This document shows, one piece after another, positions 40,283 to 49,951 of a DNA stretch of 64,000 nt. A model generated the notes under the pieces. It made no database searches, had not been told where the DNA came from, and saw only the letters and a program-made list of their open reading frames with translations. Every line of letters begins with the position of its first letter. Position 1 is the first letter of the stretch. The DNA is from Brevibacterium luteolum (GTDB taxonomy: Bacteria > Actinomycetota > Actinomycetes > Actinomycetales > Brevibacteriaceae), in the NCBI RefSeq assembly GCF_013004595.1, contig NZ_JABEMC010000001.1:186001-250000 (forward strand). Reading direction: 5' to 3'. A program made the translations under genes and the position numbers.

Positions 40283-41074
40283 GTGCTGCGGGATGACTTG
40301 GTCTATCTAATTGAGCGCAACCGCGCAGAAGGCGTACTAAAACTACCGCCTGAACGGGAGCTTGCGCAGCAGCTAGGAGTAGCGCGCGAAACGCTGAGAA
40401 AACAGCTTGCGGAGCTGGTTCGATCCGGGCACCTCGTGAAACGGCTAGGGCGTGGTGGAGGCACCTTTATTCAAGACGAAGTTGACGGGCCCTACACACA
40501 GCCCGATTCCTCGGAAAAAAATCCGCCGTTGGTCATTCGTCGTTCCTTGAATTCCGTAGAAGGAGTTCCTACGTTCCTGACTGATCAGGGATTCAAGGCC
40601 ACAACCGCGATTCTCAAGACGGAGGAACGTTTTGCTTGGCCTCGCGAACGAGAGAGTCTAAAGCTGGACCGCGGCGACCGCGTGCTCACAATCAAAAGAT
40701 TGCGGTCTGCGAACGGTACGCCCCTTTCGCTCGAGCAAATGACGTTGCCTGCCGACATATTCCCAGATCTCCTTAAGCGCGACCTGAGGTCTATATATGC
40801 GTTAATGTACAGCGATTATGGTATGAAAGTTGACACTGCGAAAGAGACGATAACGGTCGCTCGGGCCTCATCCGCTGCAGCATATCAGCTAACGATTAGT
40901 TTAGGTGATCCCTTGTTCGACATTTCTCGAATAGCTTACGCCAAGGACGGGCGACCTATCGAACAGTCCCGAGACCTGTTCAGAGCCGATATTACTAAAC
41001 TTACCGTGACAAGTAACCATAAAACGGACCCGACGTGCAAGTGCCGCGTTACCGCAGATCGGACGATAAAATGA
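40283..41074 (+). CDS. GntR (HutC/UTRA subfamily) regulator
   Basis: KLPPERELAQQLGVARETLRKQL..GRGGGTF; UTRA features IKRLRSANGTP and DGRPIEQS. Confidence 0.88.
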   Translation: MLRDDLVYLIERNRAEGVLKLPPERELAQQLGVARETLRKQLAELVRSGHLVKRLGRGGGTFIQDEVDGPYTQPDSSEKNPPLVIRRSLNSVEGVPTFLTDQGFKATTAILKTEERFAWPRERESLKLDRGDRVLTIKRLRSANGTPLSLEQMTLPADIFPDLLKRDLRSIYALMYSDYGMKVDTAKETITVARASSAAAYQLTISLGDPLFDISRIAYAKDGRPIEQSRDLFRADITKLTVTSNHKTDPTCKCRVTADRTIK

Positions 41075-42174
41075 ATAGAGTGAAGCAAGACTGGCGGGAT
41101 ACGTATTCTGGCACGTTTGACCTGACTAGGAACGTGCAAGACAAGAGTAGCGTTCTGGGCGTGCTGGACAGCACGCTACGAGGAATTGGTCAGATTTTTT
41201 TGATCAACAACCCTATCACGGGCTTCTTATTAGTTATAGCTGTAGCTACCAATTCAATTTGGGCAGCGGTTCTGGTGCTGGCAGGGTCTGCGGTATCGGT
41301 TCTTACGGCAATGCTGCTTGGATATGACGAAAGTGTAGTACGGTTAGGCTTCTATTCTTTTAACGGAGCCTTATTTGGCGTACTTGGCGCCGTGTTTTTG
41401 ATTGGCCCCTGGGTCTTGACCTCAGCACTGCTCTCTCTTCTTGCGGCTTCGGTTTCGGTACCAATTATGAAGATAACAATCGAAGTGCTAGTCGTAAAGT
41501 TCGAAGTGCCTGCTCTTTCGCTAACATTTGGCGTACTCGGCGTACTCATGCTTCTACTTCTTCCAGCCACGATATATGGCGGTGCTAACGTCGCGTTGTT
41601 GCAGCCGGTAGAGCGTTACGCAAAAGCACCGGATCCACACCTTAGGGAAGCTGTAGCCGGGGGTGAGGTCGGGATACTAGAAGGCATGTTCAATGCGACT
41701 TTCCGTGGTATAGGTCAAGTAGTGTTGATGGACTCTGCCCTAGTTGGCATCCTTATCGTGGTTGCAATCGCCGCAGCTACTCGTATCGGGGCTGTGATGG
41801 TGATACTTGGTTCTTGCCTTGGGGCGATTTCTGGGTTGGCAATAGGTGCTGACGGGTATGAGATCTTTCATGGGCTATGGGGCTACAACGCTGCGGTCGT
41901 CGGTGTTGGTCTTTTTGGAATAGTGCTCGAAGTCGGATGGAAGTCATTTATTGCCACTGGAGTAGCTTGTTTATCCTCTGGTTTGCTTTACGGCGCTTTG
42001 AGTCAACTCCTGGCCCCTTGGGGCGTAATACCGCTGAGTTTGCCTTTGGTAATGATCATCATAGGAACGACATTTGCGCTCAAAGATAGCCGCGTTTCAG
42101 TGCTAAGCATACCGGATTATTCCAACGCTGAGAAACGAATACGAATCAGAAAATCTATGAAGGGATCAGTATGA
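41071..42174 (+). CDS. Urea transporter (UT) family channel
   Basis: Duplicated halves LRGIGQIFL..NPITG / FRGIGQVVL, GFYSFNGAL / GLWGYNAA; ATGA overlap with gntR. Confidence 0.85.
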   Translation: MNRVKQDWRDTYSGTFDLTRNVQDKSSVLGVLDSTLRGIGQIFLINNPITGFLLVIAVATNSIWAAVLVLAGSAVSVLTAMLLGYDESVVRLGFYSFNGALFGVLGAVFLIGPWVLTSALLSLLAASVSVPIMKITIEVLVVKFEVPALSLTFGVLGVLMLLLLPATIYGGANVALLQPVERYAKAPDPHLREAVAGGEVGILEGMFNATFRGIGQVVLMDSALVGILIVVAIAAATRIGAVMVILGSCLGAISGLAIGADGYEIFHGLWGYNAAVVGVGLFGIVLEVGWKSFIATGVACLSSGLLYGALSQLLAPWGVIPLSLPLVMIIIGTTFALKDSRVSVLSIPDYSNAEKRIRIRKSMKGSV

Positions 42175-43115
42175 GTACGTGGTACGAAGATATCGATGAA
42201 TGGGCATCGGGTTTCGGCCATTCCGAGATTGAGTGGAAGGCACAGGTGCCTCAGGTGCCATCCCCAAGCTGGTGGGCGTCGGACAGTCTGTTGTATAAGG
42301 GGCAGAGCGCGGATCATGGAACTGTACTCCTGAAGCGGCTGACACGGCATGCATGGTCCTGGCGGAATCGCGATAACTTGATGGCCGCAGCGACAAAAGC
42401 CGGTGAAATTGGGGTAGGGCCGCGCGTGCTCGCTGCGGACTCGGAACTAGGATTGTTGCTCATGGAGGATCTTGGGCCTCGTTGGAAGGTGGGACGCCTC
42501 GACGTGTTCCAAGATGAAACTATCCGTCAGAGTATACGAGCAGCGCGCGAAGCATTCGCGGATTCTGGTCAAGTTCTGTCCCAGCGGAGCCCCCTGATCG
42601 AGCTTAACCACCTCGTAGATGAATGCCGCGATTACGGCGTTAGCCTGGACAAACGAATTATCAATCTATTGGAACTTGTGAACGAGTTCAAGGCGCCTCT
42701 TCTCGAATACCGTTCTCAGCGTAGATTTTATCCGTCGCAAGGCGAGGGTACTGTTTCTAACTTTATGATCGGCCCCGGGGGTCAAGTAAAGCTAGTCGGG
42801 TGGAGCTCGGCTGCCATGCTATCAAAGGTTCACGACAGTGCCACGTTGGTTGCTGAGGCTTGCCCAGGGGCACTCGAACTCGATGATTATGTACGCGAGC
42901 TATTGCCCGATGCTGATGCGACAGATCGTGCTGTGCTTAAGCTTGTAGCTGGAATCGAGCATCTCCGCTGGGCGGTGTTGACTCATCTTAGAGCCGTGCT
43001 TGACCCAGATGTCAATCTAGACTCAATTAAGTACGGCCTTTGGCGTATGACTCTGGCCGAATTGCTCTTCAATGAGGATGCAACCAGAAGAGAACTGAAA
43101 GGTGAACTGCTGTGA
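42171..43115 (+). CDS. Choline/aminoglycoside kinase-fold protein with degenerate catalytic motifs (pseudokinase)
   Basis: GVGPRVL, PSQGEGTVSNF, VKLVGW, KYGLWR align with the downstream paralog but lack both catalytic Asp residues. Confidence 0.65.
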   Translation: MSTWYEDIDEWASGFGHSEIEWKAQVPQVPSPSWWASDSLLYKGQSADHGTVLLKRLTRHAWSWRNRDNLMAAATKAGEIGVGPRVLAADSELGLLLMEDLGPRWKVGRLDVFQDETIRQSIRAAREAFADSGQVLSQRSPLIELNHLVDECRDYGVSLDKRIINLLELVNEFKAPLLEYRSQRRFYPSQGEGTVSNFMIGPGGQVKLVGWSSAAMLSKVHDSATLVAEACPGALELDDYVRELLPDADATDRAVLKLVAGIEHLRWAVLTHLRAVLDPDVNLDSIKYGLWRMTLAELLFNEDATRRELKGELL

Positions 43116-44035
43116 CTTCTGCCAATCTGCCCGAAGCGCTTGTTAACGCTATCAGCACAAAGCCGGAGTGGACTGCAAAGCCTATAAAGGCTGAAATTGT
43201 ACACGGTGGGATTACTAACTCTAATTATAAGCTCTGGATCGGCGGCGAGGGGCCGATTTTTGCAAAAGTGCCAGGTCCGGGGACCGAGAAGTTTATAAAC
43301 AGGACTACGGCCAATCAAGCTGCCACTCAGGCGCATGCCGTTGGTATTAGCCCTGCTGTCTTACACTTCGACATCGAAACCGGGATTGAGTTTGCACAAT
43401 TTGTAGAGGATGGATATCGCGCAGCGACGACTTTAGACTTTCAAAACGAATCGTTTTGCCACTCAGTAATGGAAACCTATCGAGCTTGGCACACCACGGA
43501 TAGGCTTTCGGAGACCAAAACTATGGTCGATATGGTCGAAGAGCATCTGTCGCAGGTGCGTGACGAGAATATTGCGCTTCCTCATTGGTCTACGGACGTA
43601 TTGAATAACTACGAGCTGGCAGTGAACGCGTTCATGAAGGACGGCCTCGAACTGGTGCCTGCGCATAATGACCCGATGCCAGGGAACTTTTTGCTTGGCC
43701 CTGGAGGCGACGTTAAGCTTATTGATTTTGACTACGCCGCAAATAACGAAGCTAGCTATGAACTTGGACTGATCCTTGCCGAAATGTTTGTTGACGTTGA
43801 ACGGTCGCGTGATCTTGTTCAGGTCTATCGGGGTGAGCATGATGAGCGATTCTTTGCTAGGGCAATGCTCTCGCGAATGATTGCGGATACCAAATGGGGT
43901 CTTTGGGGATTGATCAATAACCATGCCCGTGATGTGGACTTCGATTATTACAAGTATGGCACCTGGAAGCTTTACCGTACCTTCTGGGTTTCCCGCCGCG
44001 ATGAATATTCGTTCTGGTTGGAGGCTGCCAAATGA
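43112..44035 (+). CDS. Choline/ethanolamine kinase-family phosphotransferase
   Basis: GGITNSNY, Brenner motif PAHNDPMPGNF, KLIDFDYA. Confidence 0.85.
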   Translation: MTSANLPEALVNAISTKPEWTAKPIKAEIVHGGITNSNYKLWIGGEGPIFAKVPGPGTEKFINRTTANQAATQAHAVGISPAVLHFDIETGIEFAQFVEDGYRAATTLDFQNESFCHSVMETYRAWHTTDRLSETKTMVDMVEEHLSQVRDENIALPHWSTDVLNNYELAVNAFMKDGLELVPAHNDPMPGNFLLGPGGDVKLIDFDYAANNEASYELGLILAEMFVDVERSRDLVQVYRGEHDERFFARAMLSRMIADTKWGLWGLINNHARDVDFDYYKYGTWKLYRTFWVSRRDEYSFWLEAAK

Positions 44036-45324
44036 CGCTACCTGATCTTCCTTCTTTGATGAGTACGTTCTCTTGCATTGGTGCAAAGAATAATACTGGC
44101 ATTGAGCGGCTCGCGCTCAGCGCTTCGGATATTGAGGCGCGCCTGTTGCTCATTAAGACAATGCTTAATGACGGTCTCCATGTTTATATTGATGAAATCG
44201 GCAACATATATGGCCTCGTTAAGGCGCTAACGGACTCGGATCGACTTGTGTTGACCGGCTCGCATCTTGATAGTCAGCCTGACGGTGGGCGGTTTGACGG
44301 ACAGGTTGGAGTGCTCGCATCGTTAAGAGTTGTGTCCGGTTGTAAAGAGCGTGTTTGGCAGCAATCCGGAATCAACCTCGGCGTTGTGAACTGGACTAAC
44401 GAGGAAGGGGCTCGATTCCAGCCTAGCCTGATGGGAAGCTCCGTGTTTACCGGAGTACTTTCGATAGAGGACGCTGTCAATTGCATCGACGCTCAAGGTG
44501 TATGCGTCTCGGAAGCTCTCGATAGCTTTCGGTCGTCATTGGCTTCAGGATGTGATGGTCTCACACAGCACGAAATGACTTCCCGTGTGAGCTTTGCATC
44601 GGCGTCGACCCTGCGCCGGGCCACTGTGGGATACGCTGAGCTTCATGTGGAACAGGGTGATCGTTTGGAGTCTGCCGGCATCGATGTTGGTGTAGTTGAC
44701 TCGATTTGGTCGGCTTATAAAACTGACATTACGGTTATTGGTGAGCAAACTCATACTGGCTCTACGCCGATGTGTAAGAGGCGAGACGCGCTGTACGCGG
44801 CAAGCCGAGCAGTTACTTCAATCTTTGAACTTGGTGCAGGTGATCCTGATGGCCTCCTGCATACCGCCGTAGCGTGGATGCAGATTGTTCCTAATTCTCC
44901 TAATGCGACGCCGTCTAAGGTCCGATTTAAAGTTGAGTTAAGGAGTGCATGCGAGGATCGGGTCAGGGCTGCCTTATCGTCGTTCACTGACCAGCTGGAA
45001 AGTCTTGGCGAAGCCTGCGGCGTGCAGTTTCAGGTTGAACCTTGGTCTGCGCGTCCCGCGAGCCAGTTGGCGGGATCGCTCTCCGAAGATGTGGCCTCGC
45101 TTCTTCGTGACAATGGTCTGAGTGTAATGAGACTTTCGACTATTGCAGGTCACGATGCTGTAGCTCTGAGTAACGCTGGCATACCTTCGATCTTGCTGTT
45201 TGTGACAAGCGTTGCAGGCATTACGCATAACCATCATGAGTTCACTTCGGATTCTGACTTAGTGAAGGGTGAAAGTGCCCTCGTGGTGGCCGTGAATCAG
45301 CTGATTTTTAACGGGCAGAATTGA
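44032..45324 (+). CDS. Zn-dependent M20 amidohydrolase (N-carbamoyl-amino-acid/allantoate amidohydrolase family)
   Basis: GSHLDSQPDGGRFDG, NEEGARF, ELHVEQG, HTGSTPM..RRDAL, AGHDA. Confidence 0.88.
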   Translation: MTLPDLPSLMSTFSCIGAKNNTGIERLALSASDIEARLLLIKTMLNDGLHVYIDEIGNIYGLVKALTDSDRLVLTGSHLDSQPDGGRFDGQVGVLASLRVVSGCKERVWQQSGINLGVVNWTNEEGARFQPSLMGSSVFTGVLSIEDAVNCIDAQGVCVSEALDSFRSSLASGCDGLTQHEMTSRVSFASASTLRRATVGYAELHVEQGDRLESAGIDVGVVDSIWSAYKTDITVIGEQTHTGSTPMCKRRDALYAASRAVTSIFELGAGDPDGLLHTAVAWMQIVPNSPNATPSKVRFKVELRSACEDRVRAALSSFTDQLESLGEACGVQFQVEPWSARPASQLAGSLSEDVASLLRDNGLSVMRLSTIAGHDAVALSNAGIPSILLFVTSVAGITHNHHEFTSDSDLVKGESALVVAVNQLIFNGQN

Positions 45325-45423
45325 CGTCTTTTTCTTTTGGCTCCTTCCTGGCTGCTCGGTTACTTTTAGAACGACGCCCCGTCGTTTGTACTGTTATATA
45401 TCTAATTAATTGAAAGGACTATC

Positions 45424-46833
45424 GTGGCAATCCCCATGAGTGTTTCGGATCGGCAACGAGTCACGACTGGCTCAAACCCAGCACCAGCCCTCACGCGCGA
45501 GGACCTCATCGGCCTCGTCGACGAAGGAACGATCGACACCGTCGTCGTCGCGTTCACCGACGTGCAAGGGCGGCTGCAGGGGAAGCGGCTCGGAGCGCGC
45601 TTCTTCGTCGACGACGCCATTGACCACGGTTCGGAAGGATGCAATTACCTCCTCGCCGTCGATGTCGACATGAACACCGTCGATGGTTACGAAATGTCGT
45701 CGTGGAGCACCGGTTACGGTGACCTCGTCATGAAACCGGATCTCTCGACACTGCGGCTCATCCCTTGGCAGCCGGGAACTGCGCTCGTCACCTGCGACAT
45801 CGAATGGACCAACGGTGAGCCCGTCGTCGCCAGCCCGCGGCAGATCCTCGCGGCCCAGGTGAAGCGACTCGAAGAGCGCGGTCTCAAGGCTTTTGCCGGC
45901 ACTGAGCTGGAGTTCGTCACCTTCGACACCAGCTATGAGGAGTCCTTCAACCGCGGCTATCGCGACCTCACTCCGTCGAACCAGTACAACGTCGACTACT
46001 CGCTGTTGGGTACCGCCCGCATCGAGCCGTTGCTGCGCGACATCCGCAACTCGATGGCCGGGGCAGGCATGTACGTCGAAAGCGCCAAGGGCGAATGCAA
46101 CCTCGGCCAGCACGAGATCACCTTTAAGTACGACGAGGCGATCCGCTCCTGCGACAACCATGCCGTGTACAAGAACGGGGCGAAGGAGATCGCCTCCCAG
46201 CACGGCAAGGCGATCACGTTCATGGCGAAGTTCAACGAACTCGAAGGCTCGTCCTGCCACGTGCACCTGTCCTTCCGCGGACTCGACGGCGAACTCGCCA
46301 TGGCCGGTGACGACGAGCACGGATTCTCCCCGCTCATGGGCCAGTTCATCGCCGGTCAGCTCGCCTGCATCGAAGACTTCACCTACTTCCACGCCCCGAA
46401 CATCAACTCCTACAAGCGCTTCGTCGAAGGCTCATTCGCCCCGACAGCCGTCGCGTGGGGCTTCGACAACCGCTCGTGCGCCTTCCGCGTCGTCGGCTCC
46501 GGCCCGTCGCTGCGCGTTGAGTGCCGCGTCGGCGGTGCCGACCTCAACCCGTACCTCGCCGTCGCCTCGCTCATCGCCGCCGGCATCCACGGCATCGACA
46601 ACGAGCTCGAACTCCCGCCGGTGACCGACGGCAACGCCTACGCCTCCGACGCCCGCCGCCTGCCGACGAATCTGCGCGACGCCCGCGACCGCCTGGCGAA
46701 TTCCGAGATCGCCCGCGAGGCATTCGGCGAGGACGTCATCAAGCACTATGTCAACGCCGCGAACGTCGAGATCTCGCAGTTCGAGGCCGCCGTGACCGAT
46801 TGGGAGCGCTTCCGTGGCTTCGAACGGCTCTGA
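45424..46833 (+). CDS. Glutamine synthetase-like gamma-glutamyl-amine ligase (GlnA4-like)
   Basis: DVQGRLQGKR, GTELEF, ECNLGQHEI, GSSCHVHLS, NSYKRF, VECRVGGADLNPY; GAAAGGA RBS. Confidence 0.88.
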   Translation: MAIPMSVSDRQRVTTGSNPAPALTREDLIGLVDEGTIDTVVVAFTDVQGRLQGKRLGARFFVDDAIDHGSEGCNYLLAVDVDMNTVDGYEMSSWSTGYGDLVMKPDLSTLRLIPWQPGTALVTCDIEWTNGEPVVASPRQILAAQVKRLEERGLKAFAGTELEFVTFDTSYEESFNRGYRDLTPSNQYNVDYSLLGTARIEPLLRDIRNSMAGAGMYVESAKGECNLGQHEITFKYDEAIRSCDNHAVYKNGAKEIASQHGKAITFMAKFNELEGSSCHVHLSFRGLDGELAMAGDDEHGFSPLMGQFIAGQLACIEDFTYFHAPNINSYKRFVEGSFAPTAVAWGFDNRSCAFRVVGSGPSLRVECRVGGADLNPYLAVASLIAAGIHGIDNELELPPVTDGNAYASDARRLPTNLRDARDRLANSEIAREAFGEDVIKHYVNAANVEISQFEAAVTDWERFRGFERL

Positions 46834-47617
46834 CGCGCCCGAGGCGGCGGTCCCGCCGCGGATCGGGATCACGACGTACATGCAGCCGGCTGACTGGAGT
46901 CACTGGCGCGGAGTCGAGGCGGCCCTCATCCCGGCCGAATACGTCCGCATGGTCACCGCGGCCGGCGGCGTGCCGATCCTGCTGCCGCCGCACGGCACCC
47001 ACCCGTCGATGCTCGACGCGGTCGACGGGCTGCTCATCTCCGGCGGAGCAGACGTCGGCCCGGACACCTACGGGGCTGACGCCCACCCGACGACCGCAGC
47101 CCAGCCGTGGCGGGACGAACACGAATTCGCTCTGCTGAAAGAGGCCCGCGAGCGGGGCATGCCGGTGCTCGGCATCTGCCGCGGAATGCAGGTCATCAAC
47201 GCGGCATTCGGCGGCACCCTGCACCAGCATCTGCCCGAGATCCTCGGCCATTCCGACTATCAGCCCGCCCCAGGCGTCTATGGCGAGGTGACCGTCCAGA
47301 TCGATCCGGACACCACCGCCGCCGCGCTGCTCGGAACCGAGACGACGGCTCCGTGCTTCCACCACCAGGCCGTCGACCGCCTCGCCCCGGGACTGCACGT
47401 CACCGGGCGGGCCGCCGATGGGACGATCGAGATCCTCGAGCCGGCCACCGCCTCGGGAACGGGGGAGCAGGCAGGGCAGGCCACGCTGCCCGGCAACGGC
47501 TGGCTGCTCGCCGTGCAGTGGCACCCCGAACACAACAGCGCCGACGCGCGCGTCGTCACAGGACTCGTCGCCGCCGCCCGCAGCTACCGCACCGACATGT
47601 CCGGAGGAGGACAATGA
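46814..47617 (+). CDS. Gamma-glutamyl-gamma-aminobutyrate hydrolase family (peptidase C26)
   Basis: GLLISGGAD, LGICRGMQ, HHQAV, VQWHPE. Confidence 0.9.
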   Translation: MASNGSDAPEAAVPPRIGITTYMQPADWSHWRGVEAALIPAEYVRMVTAAGGVPILLPPHGTHPSMLDAVDGLLISGGADVGPDTYGADAHPTTAAQPWRDEHEFALLKEARERGMPVLGICRGMQVINAAFGGTLHQHLPEILGHSDYQPAPGVYGEVTVQIDPDTTAAALLGTETTAPCFHHQAVDRLAPGLHVTGRAADGTIEILEPATASGTGEQAGQATLPGNGWLLAVQWHPEHNSADARVVTGLVAAARSYRTDMSGGGQ

Positions 47618-48984
47618 GCACCTACGAGGTCATCAACCCCGCCACAGCCGAACCGATCCGAACCGTCGAACTGGCCGATGTCGCCGCTGTCGACGCCGCG
47701 ATCGAACGGGCCCAGCGGGCATTCGAGCAGTGGCGGGCCGTCGCGCCGAGCGACCGCGCCCGCCTGCTGCGCCGCTTCGCCGCCGTCGTCGACGAGCACA
47801 TCGACGAACTCGCCGAACTCGAAGTCGCCAACTCCGGGCACACGATCTCCAACGCGACTTGGGAGGCCGGCAACGTCCGCGACGTGCTCGAATACTCCGC
47901 CGCCGCCCCCGAGCGTCTCTTCGGCCGGCAGATCCCGGTCGACGGCGGTATCAACATCACCTTCGCCGAGCCGCTCGGCGTCGTCGGCGTCATCGTGCCG
48001 TGGAACTTCCCGATGCCGATCGCTGCATGGGGCTTCGGCCCGGCGCTTGCCGCCGGCAACACCGTCGTGCTCAAGCCCGCCGAGGTCACGCCGCTGACGG
48101 CCATGCGGATCGGTGAGCTCGCGCTCGAAGCAGGGATCCCCGAGGGCGTGCTCACGATCCTGCCGGGCAAGGGCTCGGTCGTCGGCGAGCGGTTCGTCAC
48201 CCATCCTGGTGTGCGCAAGGTCGTCTTCACCGGCTCGACCGAAGTCGGCAAGCGGATCATGGCCGGCTGCGCCGACCAGGTGAAGAACCTGACCCTGGAG
48301 CTCGGCGGCAAGAACGCCAACATCGTCTTCCCCGACGCCGACCTCGCAGCCGCAGCAGCCGCAGCCCCCGGCGGCGTGTTCGACAACGCCGGCCAGGACT
48401 GCTGCTCACGCTCGAGGCTGCTCGTCCACGCCGATGTCTTCGACGACTTCCTCAGCGAACTCAAGGACGCTGTCAGCGGATTCCGCTGCACCGATCCGAC
48501 CGACCCCGAGGCGGACATGGGCCCGCTCGTGACCGCCGCCCACCGCGATTCGGTCGCCGCCTATGTCGACGACGCCGAGGTGGCGTTCCAGGGTCAGTGT
48601 CCGACCGGCCCGGGCTTCTGGTTCCCGCCGACGGTCATCACCCCTGATGACATCACCGCCCGCGACTTCAACGAGGAGATCTTCGGTCCCGTGCTCTCCG
48701 TCGTGCCGTTCCGGTCGGAGTCCGAGGCGGTGTCGATTGCCAACAACACCGAATACGGGCTCTCCGGCTCGATCTGGACCCGCGACCTCGACCGGGCGAT
48801 CCGCGTCTCGCGCGGCGTCGAGGCCGGGAACCTGTCGGTCAACTCCCACTCCTCGGTGCGGTACTGGACGCCGTTCGGCGGCTACAAGCAGTCCGGCCTC
48901 GGCCGCGAGCTCGGCCCCGATGCGGTCGCCGCCTTCACCGAGACGAAGAACGTCTTCATCGCCGTCGGCCCCGCCGCGGACTGA
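47614..48984 (+). CDS. Aldehyde dehydrogenase
   Basis: PWNFP, FTGSTEVG, LELGGK, NAGQDCC, EEIFGPV; GGAGGA RBS. Confidence 0.93.
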   Translation: MSTYEVINPATAEPIRTVELADVAAVDAAIERAQRAFEQWRAVAPSDRARLLRRFAAVVDEHIDELAELEVANSGHTISNATWEAGNVRDVLEYSAAAPERLFGRQIPVDGGINITFAEPLGVVGVIVPWNFPMPIAAWGFGPALAAGNTVVLKPAEVTPLTAMRIGELALEAGIPEGVLTILPGKGSVVGERFVTHPGVRKVVFTGSTEVGKRIMAGCADQVKNLTLELGGKNANIVFPDADLAAAAAAAPGGVFDNAGQDCCSRSRLLVHADVFDDFLSELKDAVSGFRCTDPTDPEADMGPLVTAAHRDSVAAYVDDAEVAFQGQCPTGPGFWFPPTVITPDDITARDFNEEIFGPVLSVVPFRSESEAVSIANNTEYGLSGSIWTRDLDRAIRVSRGVEAGNLSVNSHSSVRYWTPFGGYKQSGLGRELGPDAVAAFTETKNVFIAVGPAAD

Positions 48985-49050
48985 CGGCACAGACGCAGCA
49001 GACTCAACCGAATGAACCCCACTAGCACTTCCTGACAGAAGGAGAATCAC

Positions 49051-49830
49051 ATGCACACACCAGTCGCCGGCCGGATGGACGGCAAGGTCTGCGTCATCAC
49101 CGGCGGAGCCTCGGGCATCGGCCTGGCCAGCGCTCGCCGACTGACCTCCGAGGGTGCGATCGTCGTCATCGCCGACCTTGATGAGACCCGCGGCCCGGAG
49201 GTCGCCGAGGAGCTCGGCGGCCTGTTCGTCCGCACGAATGTCGCCGACGAGGACAGCGTCAAGGCACTGTTCGAGCAGACGGTCGCCGAGTACGGCCGCG
49301 TCGACGTGGCCTTCAACAACGCCGGCATCAACCCGACTGAGGACAACTCGATCCTCACCACCGGCATCGATGCGTGGGCGAAGGTGCAGACCGTCAACCT
49401 CACCTCGGTCTACCTGTGCTGCAAGTACGCCCTTGAGCACATGGTCAAGCAGAAGTCCGGCTCGATCATCAACACCGCTTCCTTCGTCGCCCTGCTCGGC
49501 GCGGCGACCTCGCAGATCTCGTACTCCGCCTCGAAGGGCGGCGTGCTGTCGATGAGCCGCGAACTCGGCGTGCAGTTCGCCAAGGAGGGCATCCGCGTCA
49601 ACGCGCTGTGCCCCGGACCGGTCAATACCCCGCTGCTCGAGGAGCTTTTCGCCAAGGACCCCGAGCAGGCGCAGCGCCGGCTCGTCCACGTCCCGCGCGG
49701 ACGCTTCGGCGAGCCCGAGGAGATCGCCGCGGCAGTCGCGTTCCTCGCCAGCGACGACGCCTCTTTCGTCAACGCCGCGACGTTCACCGTCGACGGCGGA
49801 ATCTCCGCAGCATACGTCACGGCTGAGTGA
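49051..49830 (+). CDS. Short-chain dehydrogenase/reductase
   Basis: TGGASGIG, NNAGI, YSASK, NALCPG. Confidence 0.92.
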   Translation: MHTPVAGRMDGKVCVITGGASGIGLASARRLTSEGAIVVIADLDETRGPEVAEELGGLFVRTNVADEDSVKALFEQTVAEYGRVDVAFNNAGINPTEDNSILTTGIDAWAKVQTVNLTSVYLCCKYALEHMVKQKSGSIINTASFVALLGAATSQISYSASKGGVLSMSRELGVQFAKEGIRVNALCPGPVNTPLLEELFAKDPEQAQRRLVHVPRGRFGEPEEIAAAVAFLASDDASFVNAATFTVDGGISAAYVTAE

Positions 49831-49951
49831 CGCACCGGCACACGCCCGCCGCCTGGGAGCACACACTTCCCGAAGCGGCGGGCGTGTCTGCTTCTCGGGC
49901 TGCGGCGAGCTACGAGACAAGCCGTGGGTTCGGGGGTCCGGTCGTGCTTGA

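Larger units (their letters stand above)
37910..45480. mobile_element. Low-GC horizontally acquired catabolic island (no mobility gene seen)
   Basis: Abrupt shift to A/T-ending codons right after the acyl-CoA DH stop, returning to host style early in glnA; boundaries approximate. Confidence 0.75.
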
